From positions 3,936,001 to 4,000,000 of the forward strand of contig CBDBDQ010000005.1 of assembly GCA_965203905.1 (NCBI GenBank): a stretch of DNA of 64,000 bases, written 5' to 3'. Shown here piece by piece: positions 9,042 to 18,444 of the stretch (positions are counted from its first letter, which is position 1; every line of letters starts with the position of its first letter). This stretch comes from Spirochaetia bacterium. Its GTDB lineage: Bacteria > Spirochaetota > Spirochaetia > SZUA-6 > Bin103. The notes below the pieces were generated by a model, which saw nothing but the letters and a program-made list of their open reading frames with translations, did not search any database and had not been told where the DNA came from. The position numbers and the translations under genes are program-made.

Positions 9042-10757
9042 ATGAACCTGCACGCTTCCAATACCCGCAGAAGGCTGGATCTTGCCGGGCTCTGGCAGTT
9101 CAGCCCGGCAGCGGCGGAGTTGCCCCCCGTTGACTGGCGCGACGACCTGACGATGCTGCTGCCGGGGTGTTGGAACACGCAGAACCCCGAGTACTACTAC
9201 CAGGCCACAGCCTGGGTCAGGAAGGAGGTGTTCGTGCCCTCCGACTGGCCGGTCGCCTGCCGGCTGTTCTGCGGAATCCATGCCTGGGAGCTCGCGGTGT
9301 GGGTGAACGGCAGCCGGGCCGGCGTGCACACCGGCTACCTGTCCGCCTGGATCGATGTCGAAGTCCAGCCGGACCAACTGAACACCTTCCTGCTGCGCAT
9401 GGACGCCTCCGAGACGGACGACCGCATTGGTACCCGCTTCGACGTCAACAACCCCGGCGGCGTATTCGGCGCGCTGATCCTGGAAGCGCGGGAGGCAGTG
9501 TCGATCAACGACCTCGACGTCCGCACCGAGCTTGCCGGCGACGGCGCTCTGGTGCGGGTGAGGGCGCGGATGTCAGGTCAGGGGGACGCGTTGCGCTTGC
9601 GGGTCCTCGACCGCGGGAACGAGGTCGCGGCACACGAGACCGCAACGGCGCGCGGCACCGTGGAAGCGGCGATCACGTTGCCGGCGGCGCGGCCGTGGTC
9701 ACCGGACGCCCCCTACCTGTACACGCTCGAAGCGGAGGTCGAGGCCGCGGGTGCCGTCGATCAGGTGTCGCTCCAGTTCGGCATCCGGACCGTCGAGGTG
9801 CGGGGGACGGGTATCCATCTCAACGGAGCGCTCCAGTCGATTCGCGGAATGCTGACGTTCAACGATCATCCTGATACCTCGCGTTACCTCCCCACCCACA
9901 TCATTCTGAAGGACTTCTGGATCGCGAAACACGCCAACGTCAATGCCTGGCGCCATCACTACCCGGCATCCCAGGAGTTTCTCGAGCTGGCCGACCGCTA
10001 CGGCTTCCTGGTGATCGAAAGTGTCCCGCTGGTGTGGAACGACAACCTTCGGAAGCCGGAAATCGTACACCAAGCCAAGCAGCAGCTGCGCGAGATGATA
10101 GAGCGGGGCCGCAACCATCCCTGTATCATTGGCTGGGGGATCTGGAACGAATTGGGAGTGTTCCACGACTGGTATTCGGATGAGGAATACAAGCAGATCG
10201 TGAAGGACGTCACCAGAGAACTGCTGCACGAGGCGGAGCGGCTGGACCCGACGCGGTTCGCACTGTTCGCCACCGGTCTGATTCTCGATGAGCCGTGCCT
10301 GGAGCTGGAGGAGGCGCAGGTGCTCGGCATCAATCTGTACCCGCGGGTGTACGATCCGCACATCTGGAAGACCAGCGATCCGCTGGAGGCAGAACTGAAG
10401 AAGGGAGTCGAGGTCCTGAGCTTCGTCAGGGAAAAGTTTCCCGACAAGGCGATTCTGATGACCGAATTCGGGTGGCAGACGATTCCCGGGCTGAGAGATT
10501 TTCGTAACTGCAATTGGTCTGAGGACTACCAGGCGAAGTTCATCGCCAAGCTGGTACCCGAGATGACGCGCATCGGGGTCTGCGGGTTCATGTTCTCCTG
10601 CTACGCCGACTGGATGACGCGTCCGGTCATGAAAGCGCCAATCGAGGCCGAGCGGCCGGGCGAGTTGGGTTACTGGGGAATGTTGGATCAATACCGCAGG
10701 CCAAAGCTGGTGTACAACACGATTCGGGAACTGTACGGGGAAATGAAATCACAGTGA
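9042..10757 (+). CDS. Glycoside hydrolase family 2 (beta-glucuronidase/galactosidase-like)
   Basis: WSPDAPYLY, FGIRTV, RHHYP, RNHPCIIGWGIWNE (acid/base), MTEFG (nucleophile). Confidence 0.85.
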   Translation: MNLHASNTRRRLDLAGLWQFSPAAAELPPVDWRDDLTMLLPGCWNTQNPEYYYQATAWVRKEVFVPSDWPVACRLFCGIHAWELAVWVNGSRAGVHTGYLSAWIDVEVQPDQLNTFLLRMDASETDDRIGTRFDVNNPGGVFGALILEAREAVSINDLDVRTELAGDGALVRVRARMSGQGDALRLRVLDRGNEVAAHETATARGTVEAAITLPAARPWSPDAPYLYTLEAEVEAAGAVDQVSLQFGIRTVEVRGTGIHLNGALQSIRGMLTFNDHPDTSRYLPTHIILKDFWIAKHANVNAWRHHYPASQEFLELADRYGFLVIESVPLVWNDNLRKPEIVHQAKQQLREMIERGRNHPCIIGWGIWNELGVFHDWYSDEEYKQIVKDVTRELLHEAERLDPTRFALFATGLILDEPCLELEEAQVLGINLYPRVYDPHIWKTSDPLEAELKKGVEVLSFVREKFPDKAILMTEFGWQTIPGLRDFRNCNWSEDYQAKFIAKLVPEMTRIGVCGFMFSCYADWMTRPVMKAPIEAERPGELGYWGMLDQYRRPKLVYNTIRELYGEMKSQ

Positions 10758-10794
10758 TAGTTCGCGCAGCGCACGCCATACAGGAGGCTAGGCA

Positions 10795-12093
10795 ATGCTG
10801 AAGAGAATGGTTCTGTTGGGAGTGATGTGTCTGATCGTTCCCGCGTCGTTCGTGGCAGCCGCACCGGCGGGAGAGGAAGTCGAGATCCGGGCCGTTCTCT
10901 ACGGCTATCCACAGTGGTATGGGTGGCTGGATGAGTTGAAGGCGTCGTTCGAAGCCGCCAACCCGGGCGTGACCGTCAATCAGGAGTACGTTTCCACCCA
11001 GGAGATGCGGGAGAAGCTGTCGGTCGACGTTGCCGGCGGTGATCCGCCCGAGGTGGCGTCCATGGATGCGCCCGACGTGGTCGATTTCGCGAGCATGGGA
11101 CACCTCGAGAGCGTCAGCAAGTGGATTTCGGACGCGGAGTTGGACAAGTATCACGCCGCAGCGTTCGAGGGCATTACAATCGATGGCGAGTTGTTTGCCC
11201 TGCCCAGCGCGCTGTGGGTGGACTCCATCATCGTGCGACAGGACTTGATCGAGGAGGCTGGGTTCAAGGTTGAGGACATCCGCAGCTGGGATGATCTGCT
11301 CGAGGTTTCCAAGGCCACAACCATCGACAAGGATGGCGACGGTACCATCGATCAGTACGGAGGCCTGCCGTTCAATGGCAAGAGCGCGTTCGAGGTGTGG
11401 TACCGGTGGGTGGGGTTTCAGTATGGGAACAACTTCAGTCCGGTCGATCTCGAGGAACGCGAGAAGTGGCTGGAATTCCTGAACTACGTCAAGGAGAACG
11501 CCAAGTACATTCCGGAAGCCACCGTCGGATGGGAAATGTCCGATGGACGGCAGGCGTTCCTCAATGGCACGTTCGTGATGTTCCTCGGCGGGACCTGGGA
11601 GTTCGGACAGGCGGCGATTACCCATCCCGAGATGGTGGCGGCCCCCGGCCAGCTATCTACGATTCAGAACCCGCTTGGGCCGTCCGGCAAGAGTTATTGG
11701 AACTTCAGCGGTGCGCATACCTACGGCATGTTCAAGACCGATCATCAGGAGGCGGCTTGGGCGTACCTGCTTCACATTACGCAGCCTGAACGTGTCGCAC
11801 CATGGGCGTGGAACCTGGGCGTATCGGCGCGCAAGGATCTGAGCACCGAGCTGATGATCGACGAGACGGCGCGCTGGCTGGGCGACGACGCGGTACGCAA
11901 CTCAAGCTGGTACAAGAAGCTGTTCGAGCCCTTCGGGGCCGGTCTGAAGCCCAATACATTCGTCCCGCACCAAGGCGAGTACTACGATGCCTATTCACTC
12001 ATGCTTACCGAAGTGAGCTTGGGCAAAAAGACGGCAGAGGAAGCACTCGATCGCTACCTCGAGACCGCCGCCCGCCTGCTCGGAGACTCCTGA
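10795..12093 (+). CDS. Sugar ABC transporter substrate-binding protein (family 1)
   Basis: Signal peptide; FEAANPGVTV, DGELFALP, EAAWAYL; AGGAGG SD; followed by two permeases. Confidence 0.85.
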   Translation: MLKRMVLLGVMCLIVPASFVAAAPAGEEVEIRAVLYGYPQWYGWLDELKASFEAANPGVTVNQEYVSTQEMREKLSVDVAGGDPPEVASMDAPDVVDFASMGHLESVSKWISDAELDKYHAAAFEGITIDGELFALPSALWVDSIIVRQDLIEEAGFKVEDIRSWDDLLEVSKATTIDKDGDGTIDQYGGLPFNGKSAFEVWYRWVGFQYGNNFSPVDLEEREKWLEFLNYVKENAKYIPEATVGWEMSDGRQAFLNGTFVMFLGGTWEFGQAAITHPEMVAAPGQLSTIQNPLGPSGKSYWNFSGAHTYGMFKTDHQEAAWAYLLHITQPERVAPWAWNLGVSARKDLSTELMIDETARWLGDDAVRNSSWYKKLFEPFGAGLKPNTFVPHQGEYYDAYSLMLTEVSLGKKTAEEALDRYLETAARLLGDS

Positions 12094-12114
12094 AAGAGTC
12101 GGAAGCGCATGTGA

Positions 12115-12230
12115 GTCAGCACGGTCACTCCGTGGTACGGAGACCATGAGAGTGGCGCGTGGGCCAGTGCACGGTGGCCGCCATTTTTGGGTCAGTACGC
12201 AAGGCCACTCCGTGGCGCCATAGACCATGA
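12115..12230. repeat. Imperfect tandem direct repeat between the binding-protein and permease genes
   Basis: GTCAG..CACTCCGTGG..AGACCATGA occurs at 12115-12149 and again at 12191-12230. Confidence 0.6.
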
Positions 12231-12332
12231 AAACGGGTGCACTAGGTTCGTCTGCTGGACATGGTTTTCGGACTAGTCACCTCGGAGCCGTGTTGCGGGG
12301 GCTCCCCGGGCGGCCCCCGTGACCAGCTAGTG

Positions 12333-13223
12333 ATGACCGGGTCCCGCCGGCGCCATTACACGCCGTATCTCCTCATTACGCCCGCCCTGTTGCTGCTCAC
12401 CACGGTACTGCTGCTCCCGTTGGCGAGCGGCGTGACGGCCAGCCTGACCGATCTGGGCCTGCTGGCCGGCTGGCAAAGAGCCCAGTTCGTGGGACTCGCA
12501 AACTACCGGAAACTGGCGCAGGACCCGTTGTTCTGGAACTCGCTCCTGAGGACCGTCTTCTGGGTTGGCTCGGTCGTCGCCGGGCAACTTGGCGTCGGCT
12601 TCGTCGCGGCGCTCCTGATGCACCGCGAGTTCCGGTTTCGCTTGGTCGCGCGCACGCTGATGCTCATTCCATGGGTCACCCCCAGTCTTACGGCGGTACT
12701 CACGTGGCGCTGGATGTTCAACAGCGAGTTCGGGTTCGTGAATTATTACCTGGGGGTCCTCGGATTCCAACGTCTTGAGGAATTGAGCTGGTTCACCAAT
12801 ACGTGGACCGTTTGGCCGGTCATGATAACCGCGGCGGTCTGGAAGGGATTCCCCTTCTTCTACGTCAACATCCTCGCCGGATTGCAGATAATCTCCGACG
12901 AGCTGTTCGACGCCGCGAGGATCGACGGGGTCCGTCCGATGCAGACGTTTCGTTACATCATCGTTCCGTCGATCAGGCACGTGCTCACGGTCGCGACGCT
13001 ACTCGCGATCATCTGGACCTGGAATGACTTCGCCTGGATATGGGCGTTCACCGAGGGCGGGCCTGCCAACGCGACCATGGTGTTGTCTCCTCTTGTATAC
13101 GTGTTTTCCTTTCACTACTACAAGCTGGGATACTCCGCCGCGGTCGCCGTTGTGGCGGCGATCGTCATGATCTGCTTGGCGGCCTACTACATCCGTCACC
13201 TCAACCGCACGGAGACGGCATGA
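12333..13223 (+). CDS. Carbohydrate ABC permease (MalF/UgpA-like)
   Basis: FVGLANY, EAA-type loop ELFDAARIDG, TEGGP. Confidence 0.9.
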   Translation: MTGSRRRHYTPYLLITPALLLLTTVLLLPLASGVTASLTDLGLLAGWQRAQFVGLANYRKLAQDPLFWNSLLRTVFWVGSVVAGQLGVGFVAALLMHREFRFRLVARTLMLIPWVTPSLTAVLTWRWMFNSEFGFVNYYLGVLGFQRLEELSWFTNTWTVWPVMITAAVWKGFPFFYVNILAGLQIISDELFDAARIDGVRPMQTFRYIIVPSIRHVLTVATLLAIIWTWNDFAWIWAFTEGGPANATMVLSPLVYVFSFHYYKLGYSAAVAVVAAIVMICLAAYYIRHLNRTETA

Positions 13224-14062
13224 ACAGCACCACTTCACGCTTGGGAAGGGCCACACTCGCCGTGCTGACAATCGGCCTCTGCGTCTTCGTGCTGGTGCCG
13301 TTTGCATGGATGGTGTCAACGTCGCTCAAGCCGATCGCGGACACCCATTCGTATCCGCCGCGCTGGATTCCGGAACGAGTGAGCCTGCAAGGCTATGGCT
13401 GGGTGTTCAACGAGTCGCGTCTCGGCCGCAACTTCCGCAATTCGATTGTCGTTTCGTCATCCAGCGCCGTCCTCGTGTTACCGGTCGCATTTCTGGCAGC
13501 GTTCGCGTTCTCGCGCTTCCGTTTCCGCGGCCGGCGTGTCGCGGAGACGACGATCGTCTTTTCGCAGCTCTTTCCTCAGGTGCTGCTCATCATTCCGCTA
13601 TTCGTCATTCTCCGCGTGCTGAGGTTGATCGACACGTACGCCGGTTTGACGCTGGCGTTCATGACGTTCACGTTACCCTTTGCGACGTTGATGCTGCGCG
13701 GGTTCGTCGATTCCATGCAGGTCGATCTGGAGGAGCAGGCGATGGTGGACGGGTGCTCCAGACTGGGTGCGTTCGTCAGGATCGAGTTGCCGCTCAGCGC
13801 GCCCGCGATCATCTCCACGCTGCTGTTCGGGTTCATCATTGCCTGGAACGACCTGCTGTACTCGCTGGTGATCACCCGCTCCATGGATACCGAGACGTTT
13901 GCGCCGGCGTTCCTGCGCCTGCACGACGCCCAGATTACGGCCGTGAACTGGCCCGGGCTGATGGCAGGGAGTGCGCTCAGCTCCATTCCGGTGTGCGTGT
14001 TGTTCGCCGTTTTCCAGCGTTACCTGGTACGTGGATTGAGTGCCGGCGCGGTAAAGGGATGA
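13220..14062 (+). CDS. Carbohydrate ABC permease (MalG/UgpE-like)
   Basis: ATGA overlap; DLEEQAMVDG, AWND, FQRYLVRGLSAGAVKG. Confidence 0.9.
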   Translation: MNSTTSRLGRATLAVLTIGLCVFVLVPFAWMVSTSLKPIADTHSYPPRWIPERVSLQGYGWVFNESRLGRNFRNSIVVSSSSAVLVLPVAFLAAFAFSRFRFRGRRVAETTIVFSQLFPQVLLIIPLFVILRVLRLIDTYAGLTLAFMTFTLPFATLMLRGFVDSMQVDLEEQAMVDGCSRLGAFVRIELPLSAPAIISTLLFGFIIAWNDLLYSLVITRSMDTETFAPAFLRLHDAQITAVNWPGLMAGSALSSIPVCVLFAVFQRYLVRGLSAGAVKG

Positions 14063-14088
14063 GCGCCCTGGCCCGTCGGCGCCGCTGC

Positions 14089-15303
14089 TCAGTGGATGTG
14101 CACGTTGGCGTAGCTCGGCACCCAGTCCGGTACCGGGATAGGAGGCTCGCCCTCGACCCAGATCACCTTGTCCTTCGGTAGCCGGCGGTAGCTGCGCGCG
14201 TAGTAACAGGCGGCTGAGCCCACTATCACGATCTTGCCGTCGAACTCCTCCGGGTCGGGCGGGAGGTACGGATCGCGGCCGACAATGACCAGCCAGTCGT
14301 GGTCGGCGAGCTTGCCAAGCTTGTGGAGCTGGTCGAGCGCCCAGCGGGTGCGACAGCGCTCGGCGCGGCAGACCGCGCCTTCGATCACCGTGACGTTCGG
14401 GTACACCCCGGTGATGTGGTAGTCGGGCTTTCGGAACTCGCGGCGCACGCGTTCGATGGGCTCGCCAACCACGTCGATCTCGTTCCGATACATCACGCCG
14501 ACGCCCTGCTGATAGGCGATGCGGAAGTGGTCGATCTCATAAGGGTCGAACCCCATGATGCGCGCGGTGGTGGCATCCACGGCCAGCGGGTCGGCGCTGG
14601 CGGTGATCAGGTTCATGGTCAGGGGGTCGCCACCCAGCGGCCCCAGCCCTTCCATCGCCGTGATGCCGTCTATCAGGGTGAGCACCGGGTTCAGGGCACG
14701 GATCAGGTCGACCAGCTTCTGGTTGATGTCGTCGCGATGATACTTCCAGAACTTGTCGGCATCCGCGATCACGCCATGCCAGCACTTGATGCCGAGCGAG
14801 ACATCGGTGTCGTAGTGGGTCTTCATCACCGGTACGCTGATCAGCTTGTCCGCGCGCACGATGCTGCGGAACAGGCGCACGTCCCGATAGATCACCCCGT
14901 CCGGGACGGTCCGCACCTCGTATCCCTCGTCGTCGAGGCACACCACCTCCACGCCGCGCCGTTCGCAGATATCGAGCGTGCCCGTCTTCCTGAAGGCGTC
15001 CATGACGGTGAAGCCGTCCATCGTCTTGGGTACCGGGGCCCCGCCTTCTCCCACGATGATGCGGCCGGCCCCAGCCTCCTGCACCAGCTCGATCACCGCG
15101 TCGGTCACCCGCGGATCGGTGGTGAGCGGCGGCGGAGCAGGGTAGATCAGGTTCGGCTTGATCAGCACGGTCTCGCCGGGCTCGACAAAGCGGCCGATGC
15201 CCCCCAGCAGGTCCACGCTGCGGCGCACGGCGGCGCGCACGTCCTCGTCGCTTCGCACGACGCTTACCATCGACTTCCCGCTCCCATTGTGGTACTCACG
15301 CAT
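14089..15303 (-). CDS. DUF362 domain protein
   Basis: VLIKPNL, TTDPRV, ISVPVMKTH, LIDGITAMEGLGP, DPLAVD motifs. Confidence 0.85.
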   Translation of the reverse strand: MREYHNGSGKSMVSVVRSDEDVRAAVRRSVDLLGGIGRFVEPGETVLIKPNLIYPAPPPLTTDPRVTDAVIELVQEAGAGRIIVGEGGAPVPKTMDGFTVMDAFRKTGTLDICERRGVEVVCLDDEGYEVRTVPDGVIYRDVRLFRSIVRADKLISVPVMKTHYDTDVSLGIKCWHGVIADADKFWKYHRDDINQKLVDLIRALNPVLTLIDGITAMEGLGPLGGDPLTMNLITASADPLAVDATTARIMGFDPYEIDHFRIAYQQGVGVMYRNEIDVVGEPIERVRREFRKPDYHITGVYPNVTVIEGAVCRAERCRTRWALDQLHKLGKLADHDWLVIVGRDPYLPPDPEEFDGKIVIVGSAACYYARSYRRLPKDKVIWVEGEPPIPVPDWVPSYANVHIH

Positions 15304-16504
15304 CCTCGTCTCCTTGCGTCGGTGTCTCACCGGAGGCGTCCACCAGGAACGCCTGCACCGCGTCTTCGTCCAGATCGATGCCCAGCCCCGGGCGCTCCGG
15401 CACGCGGACCCGGCCGCCGGCGTCGGCTTCTATCGGGTCGACCAGTATCCGGTCGCGCAGTGGGTTGGGATTCTGGTCGAGCTCCAGCAGCCCGCCGTTC
15501 GGCCAGGCGCAGAGAGCGTGCAGCGACGCTGCGAGCAACACTCCGCTGCTGAAACTGTGCAGCATCACCGTCTTGCGCCGCATTTCCGCGTGGCCGGCGA
15601 TCTTGCGGCACTCGGTGACGCCCCCGGTCCACGACAGGTCCGGCTGTACCACGTCCACGCAGTCCCGCTCGATGAGCCCATGGAAGCGGCTGGCGAGCTG
15701 CTCGGTCTCGTAGCCGGCGACCGGCACGTCGAGTGCGGCCGCGAGTCGCCGGCTGGCATGCCGATCGTCCGGGGACACGGGCTCCTCGAACAGTGCTACA
15801 CCGAGGCGGTCCAGCTCGCGCCCCACGCGCAGCGCGGTGGTGTGATCCCACGCCGCGTTGGCGTCCACGAACAGCTGCACGTCCGCGCCGAGGGCGTTCT
15901 TCACCGCCTCCACCCGTTCCAGATCCGTCTCGACGCTGACGCTCAGGTCCGGGTCGGGCATCAGCGGCAGAGGGTTCAAGGGTGAGTGGTTGCGGCCGAT
16001 TTTCATCTTTGCCGCCCGGAAACCCTGGTCGGCGTACCCCGTAATTTCGGCAACGATCGCTGCGGTGTCCTTCCCCCGCCGGTAGAACCCTCCGCTGGCA
16101 TACGCCGGAACCGAACGGCGGAATCCGCCCAGGAGCTTGTACAGCGGCGTGCGGGTCGCCTGGCCGATGATGTCCCAGAGCGCTATATCGATCCCGCTCA
16201 GCGCGCAGATTACGACGCCGCCGCGCCCGTGCTGAAACGACTGGTGATAGAGCTTGCGCCAGATGCGCTCGACGCGAAACGGATCCTCACCGAGGAGCCG
16301 TGGGGCCAGCTCCTGGTCGATCAAGTGAGCGGTGGTCGACAGCGGTCCGCCGAACGAAGCGGCCTCCCCGACCCCCGCGATTCCGGCGTCGGTTTGGATG
16401 CGGACCAGGAGCGCCTGTCTGGCGGCAGCCTTGAAACTCGCATCATAGATCGGCTCGTCGTACGGGTACCGCAGCGGAAGGCACTCTACTCTGGTGATCT
16501 TCAC
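15296..16504 (-). CDS. Mandelate racemase/muconate lactonizing enzyme family (enolase superfamily) protein, likely acid-sugar dehydratase
   Basis: SGIDIALWD, AYASGG, KMKIG, VDAN, FEEP, AGYE, QPD, PGLGI. Confidence 0.9.
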   Translation of the reverse strand: MKITRVECLPLRYPYDEPIYDASFKAAARQALLVRIQTDAGIAGVGEAASFGGPLSTTAHLIDQELAPRLLGEDPFRVERIWRKLYHQSFQHGRGGVVICALSGIDIALWDIIGQATRTPLYKLLGGFRRSVPAYASGGFYRRGKDTAAIVAEITGYADQGFRAAKMKIGRNHSPLNPLPLMPDPDLSVSVETDLERVEAVKNALGADVQLFVDANAAWDHTTALRVGRELDRLGVALFEEPVSPDDRHASRRLAAALDVPVAGYETEQLASRFHGLIERDCVDVVQPDLSWTGGVTECRKIAGHAEMRRKTVMLHSFSSGVLLAASLHALCAWPNGGLLELDQNPNPLRDRILVDPIEADAGGRVRVPERPGLGIDLDEDAVQAFLVDASGETPTQGDEDA

Positions 16505-16541
16505 GGCGTTTCCCGCCGGTCCGGTCGGTCTCCAGGCGGCG

Positions 16542-17543
16542 TCATTCGAAGTCGGCCGGATTGAAATAGACCCCCAGCCTGACGAAGACGCCGTTCCTGA
16601 CCGTAAACACGCTGCATCCCCGCACCTCGCGTGGTGCTCGCTCCGAACCGGATCCGGCGCGCCACTCGACCGCGAGTTGATCGCCCTGTTCCACGGAGTT
16701 CTCGACGCTCACCGAAACCGAGTCGAACGACTCTACCATCTGCTCATGGTAGCGCCGTATCTCGGCAAGTCCCGTGACGGTCATCGTCGGCGTTACGATC
16801 GTGGCGCTCTCTGCAAAGTGCGAAAGAATGGCGTCCGGATCACGTGCGGCCGCCGCGCGCCAATAGCTGGTGGCTAATTCGAGGTGCGTACGCGTCGCAG
16901 CCGGCGGTTCCTCGATCAAGTAGGCACGTGTCGGCGAACCATCGGCGCCCTCCAGACGCAGAGGGGCCGCGGAGAACCAATAGTGCCCGGGCCGGATTCC
17001 GTTCAGATCCACCCCTTCGACGATCGTCACTCCCTGGCCGAGCAGGATCTTGTGCGTCGGTGCACCGGGCGCGTCGTAGCCTTCCACGGCCAGGTGGTCG
17101 AAGGCGACGGTCTTGATCCCGCGGCGCACGATCTCTTCCGCCCCGTCCGGGGCGATGTATACATACCGGTCGCTGAAGCGCTCCCAGGTCTCGAGCGCCG
17201 TAGAGTTGCGCGTCTTCAGCACCAGGATCGAGAAGGCACGCGCCGCGGCAACCGCTCGAGCCACGTCCTGGGCGCCGATCGCCGACTCCACTCCGGTGAG
17301 GTCCGCCACGTAGGCGGCGCCGACGAAGCGGGACAGCGGGACCTGCTCGATCGTCTCGCCGTCGGCAAAATGATGGAAGGCAGCGTCGGCGTGGCTGCCG
17401 ACGTGCGTGCAGCAGGAAAGATTGGTGACGTTGACCGGGTCGCCCTTGGCGATGCGCTCGTGCTCCGTCAGGCGGGTCGGCACGAGCCCCGGCCAGATGA
17501 CCATGCGGTCATGAACCGTAACGGAGATATCGTGGATTCTCAT
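16542..17543 (-). CDS. Cyclase/kynurenine formamidase family hydrolase fused to a C-terminal SnoaL/NTF2-like domain
   Basis: HVGSHADAAFH, IVEG, PLRLEGADGSPTRA, followed by about 110 aa of SnoaL-like sequence (FAESATI..GLAEIRRY..LAVEW..GCSVFTVRNG). Confidence 0.8.
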   Translation of the reverse strand: MRIHDISVTVHDRMVIWPGLVPTRLTEHERIAKGDPVNVTNLSCCTHVGSHADAAFHHFADGETIEQVPLSRFVGAAYVADLTGVESAIGAQDVARAVAAARAFSILVLKTRNSTALETWERFSDRYVYIAPDGAEEIVRRGIKTVAFDHLAVEGYDAPGAPTHKILLGQGVTIVEGVDLNGIRPGHYWFSAAPLRLEGADGSPTRAYLIEEPPAATRTHLELATSYWRAAAARDPDAILSHFAESATIVTPTMTVTGLAEIRRYHEQMVESFDSVSVSVENSVEQGDQLAVEWRAGSGSERAPREVRGCSVFTVRNGVFVRLGVYFNPADFE

Positions 17544-17550
17544 GACTGCC

Positions 17551-18309
17551 CTACACGGAAGTGAATCCGCCGTCGGCCATGAGGTTGGCCCCGGTTATGA
17601 AGCTGGCGTCGTCGCTGCACAGGAACGAGATCGCCTTCGCGACTTCCGCCGGCTCGGCGAGACGGCCAAGCAGGTGCAGGTTGCCGACGCTCTCCTTGAT
17701 CCTGCTGTCGTCCCATCCCCACTGGTGGTAGAGAAGATCGTGGACGTTTTCGGTCATGACCCACCCCGGCGATACCGTGTTCACGCGTATGTTGTCGTCC
17801 TTGAGGTCGAGAGCAAGGCAGCGCGACATGTGGATCATGGCGGCCTTGGTGACGGCATAGGTGAGTTGCATCGGCTGGGCGATCACGCCGCTGATGGAGC
17901 CCAGATTGACGATCGCCCCGCCCCCGGCTCGCTTCATCGCCGCAACCGCGTAGCGAGACATCAAGGCCTGTCCGGTGACGTTCACCCGGAGCATGAGGTC
18001 CCACTCGTCGGGGGTCGCTTCGAGGGACTTCAGAACCGACGCCCGGGCGTTGTTGACCAGCAGATCGACCTGACCGAATGCCTCCTCGGCGACGGCCACG
18101 GTACGCTCGCAGTCGACTTCCCTGGTAATGTCCGCATCGACGGCGCGCACGCGGTCCCGCGGAAGGCTCTGCATGGCCTGCTCAGCGGCCTCGGAATTCA
18201 CGTCGCAGAACACCACGTTGGCGCCCTCCGCCAGGAAGTCCTTGACGACGGCGAGCCCGATTCCAACCGCGCCGCCGGTGACGATGCCCACCTTCCGCTG
18301 CAAACGCAT
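17551..18309 (-). CDS. Short-chain dehydrogenase/reductase
   Basis: TGGAVGIG, NNA, YAVTK, NTVSPG, ADGG. Confidence 0.9.
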   Translation of the reverse strand: MRLQRKVGIVTGGAVGIGLAVVKDFLAEGANVVFCDVNSEAAEQAMQSLPRDRVRAVDADITREVDCERTVAVAEEAFGQVDLLVNNARASVLKSLEATPDEWDLMLRVNVTGQALMSRYAVAAMKRAGGGAIVNLGSISGVIAQPMQLTYAVTKAAMIHMSRCLALDLKDDNIRVNTVSPGWVMTENVHDLLYHQWGWDDSRIKESVGNLHLLGRLAEPAEVAKAISFLCSDDASFITGANLMADGGFTSV

Positions 18310-18444
18310 GATCTCTCGCCCGATCCGCATGCACGTTAGACAACCCACGTCCCGGTGTCAACGAATCAACGAATCCGCACGCCACGCCGTCGCGCCTTGT
18401 TGCGGCCGACTCCTCCGCACCGATAGAATCGACCGTCGAGATTG

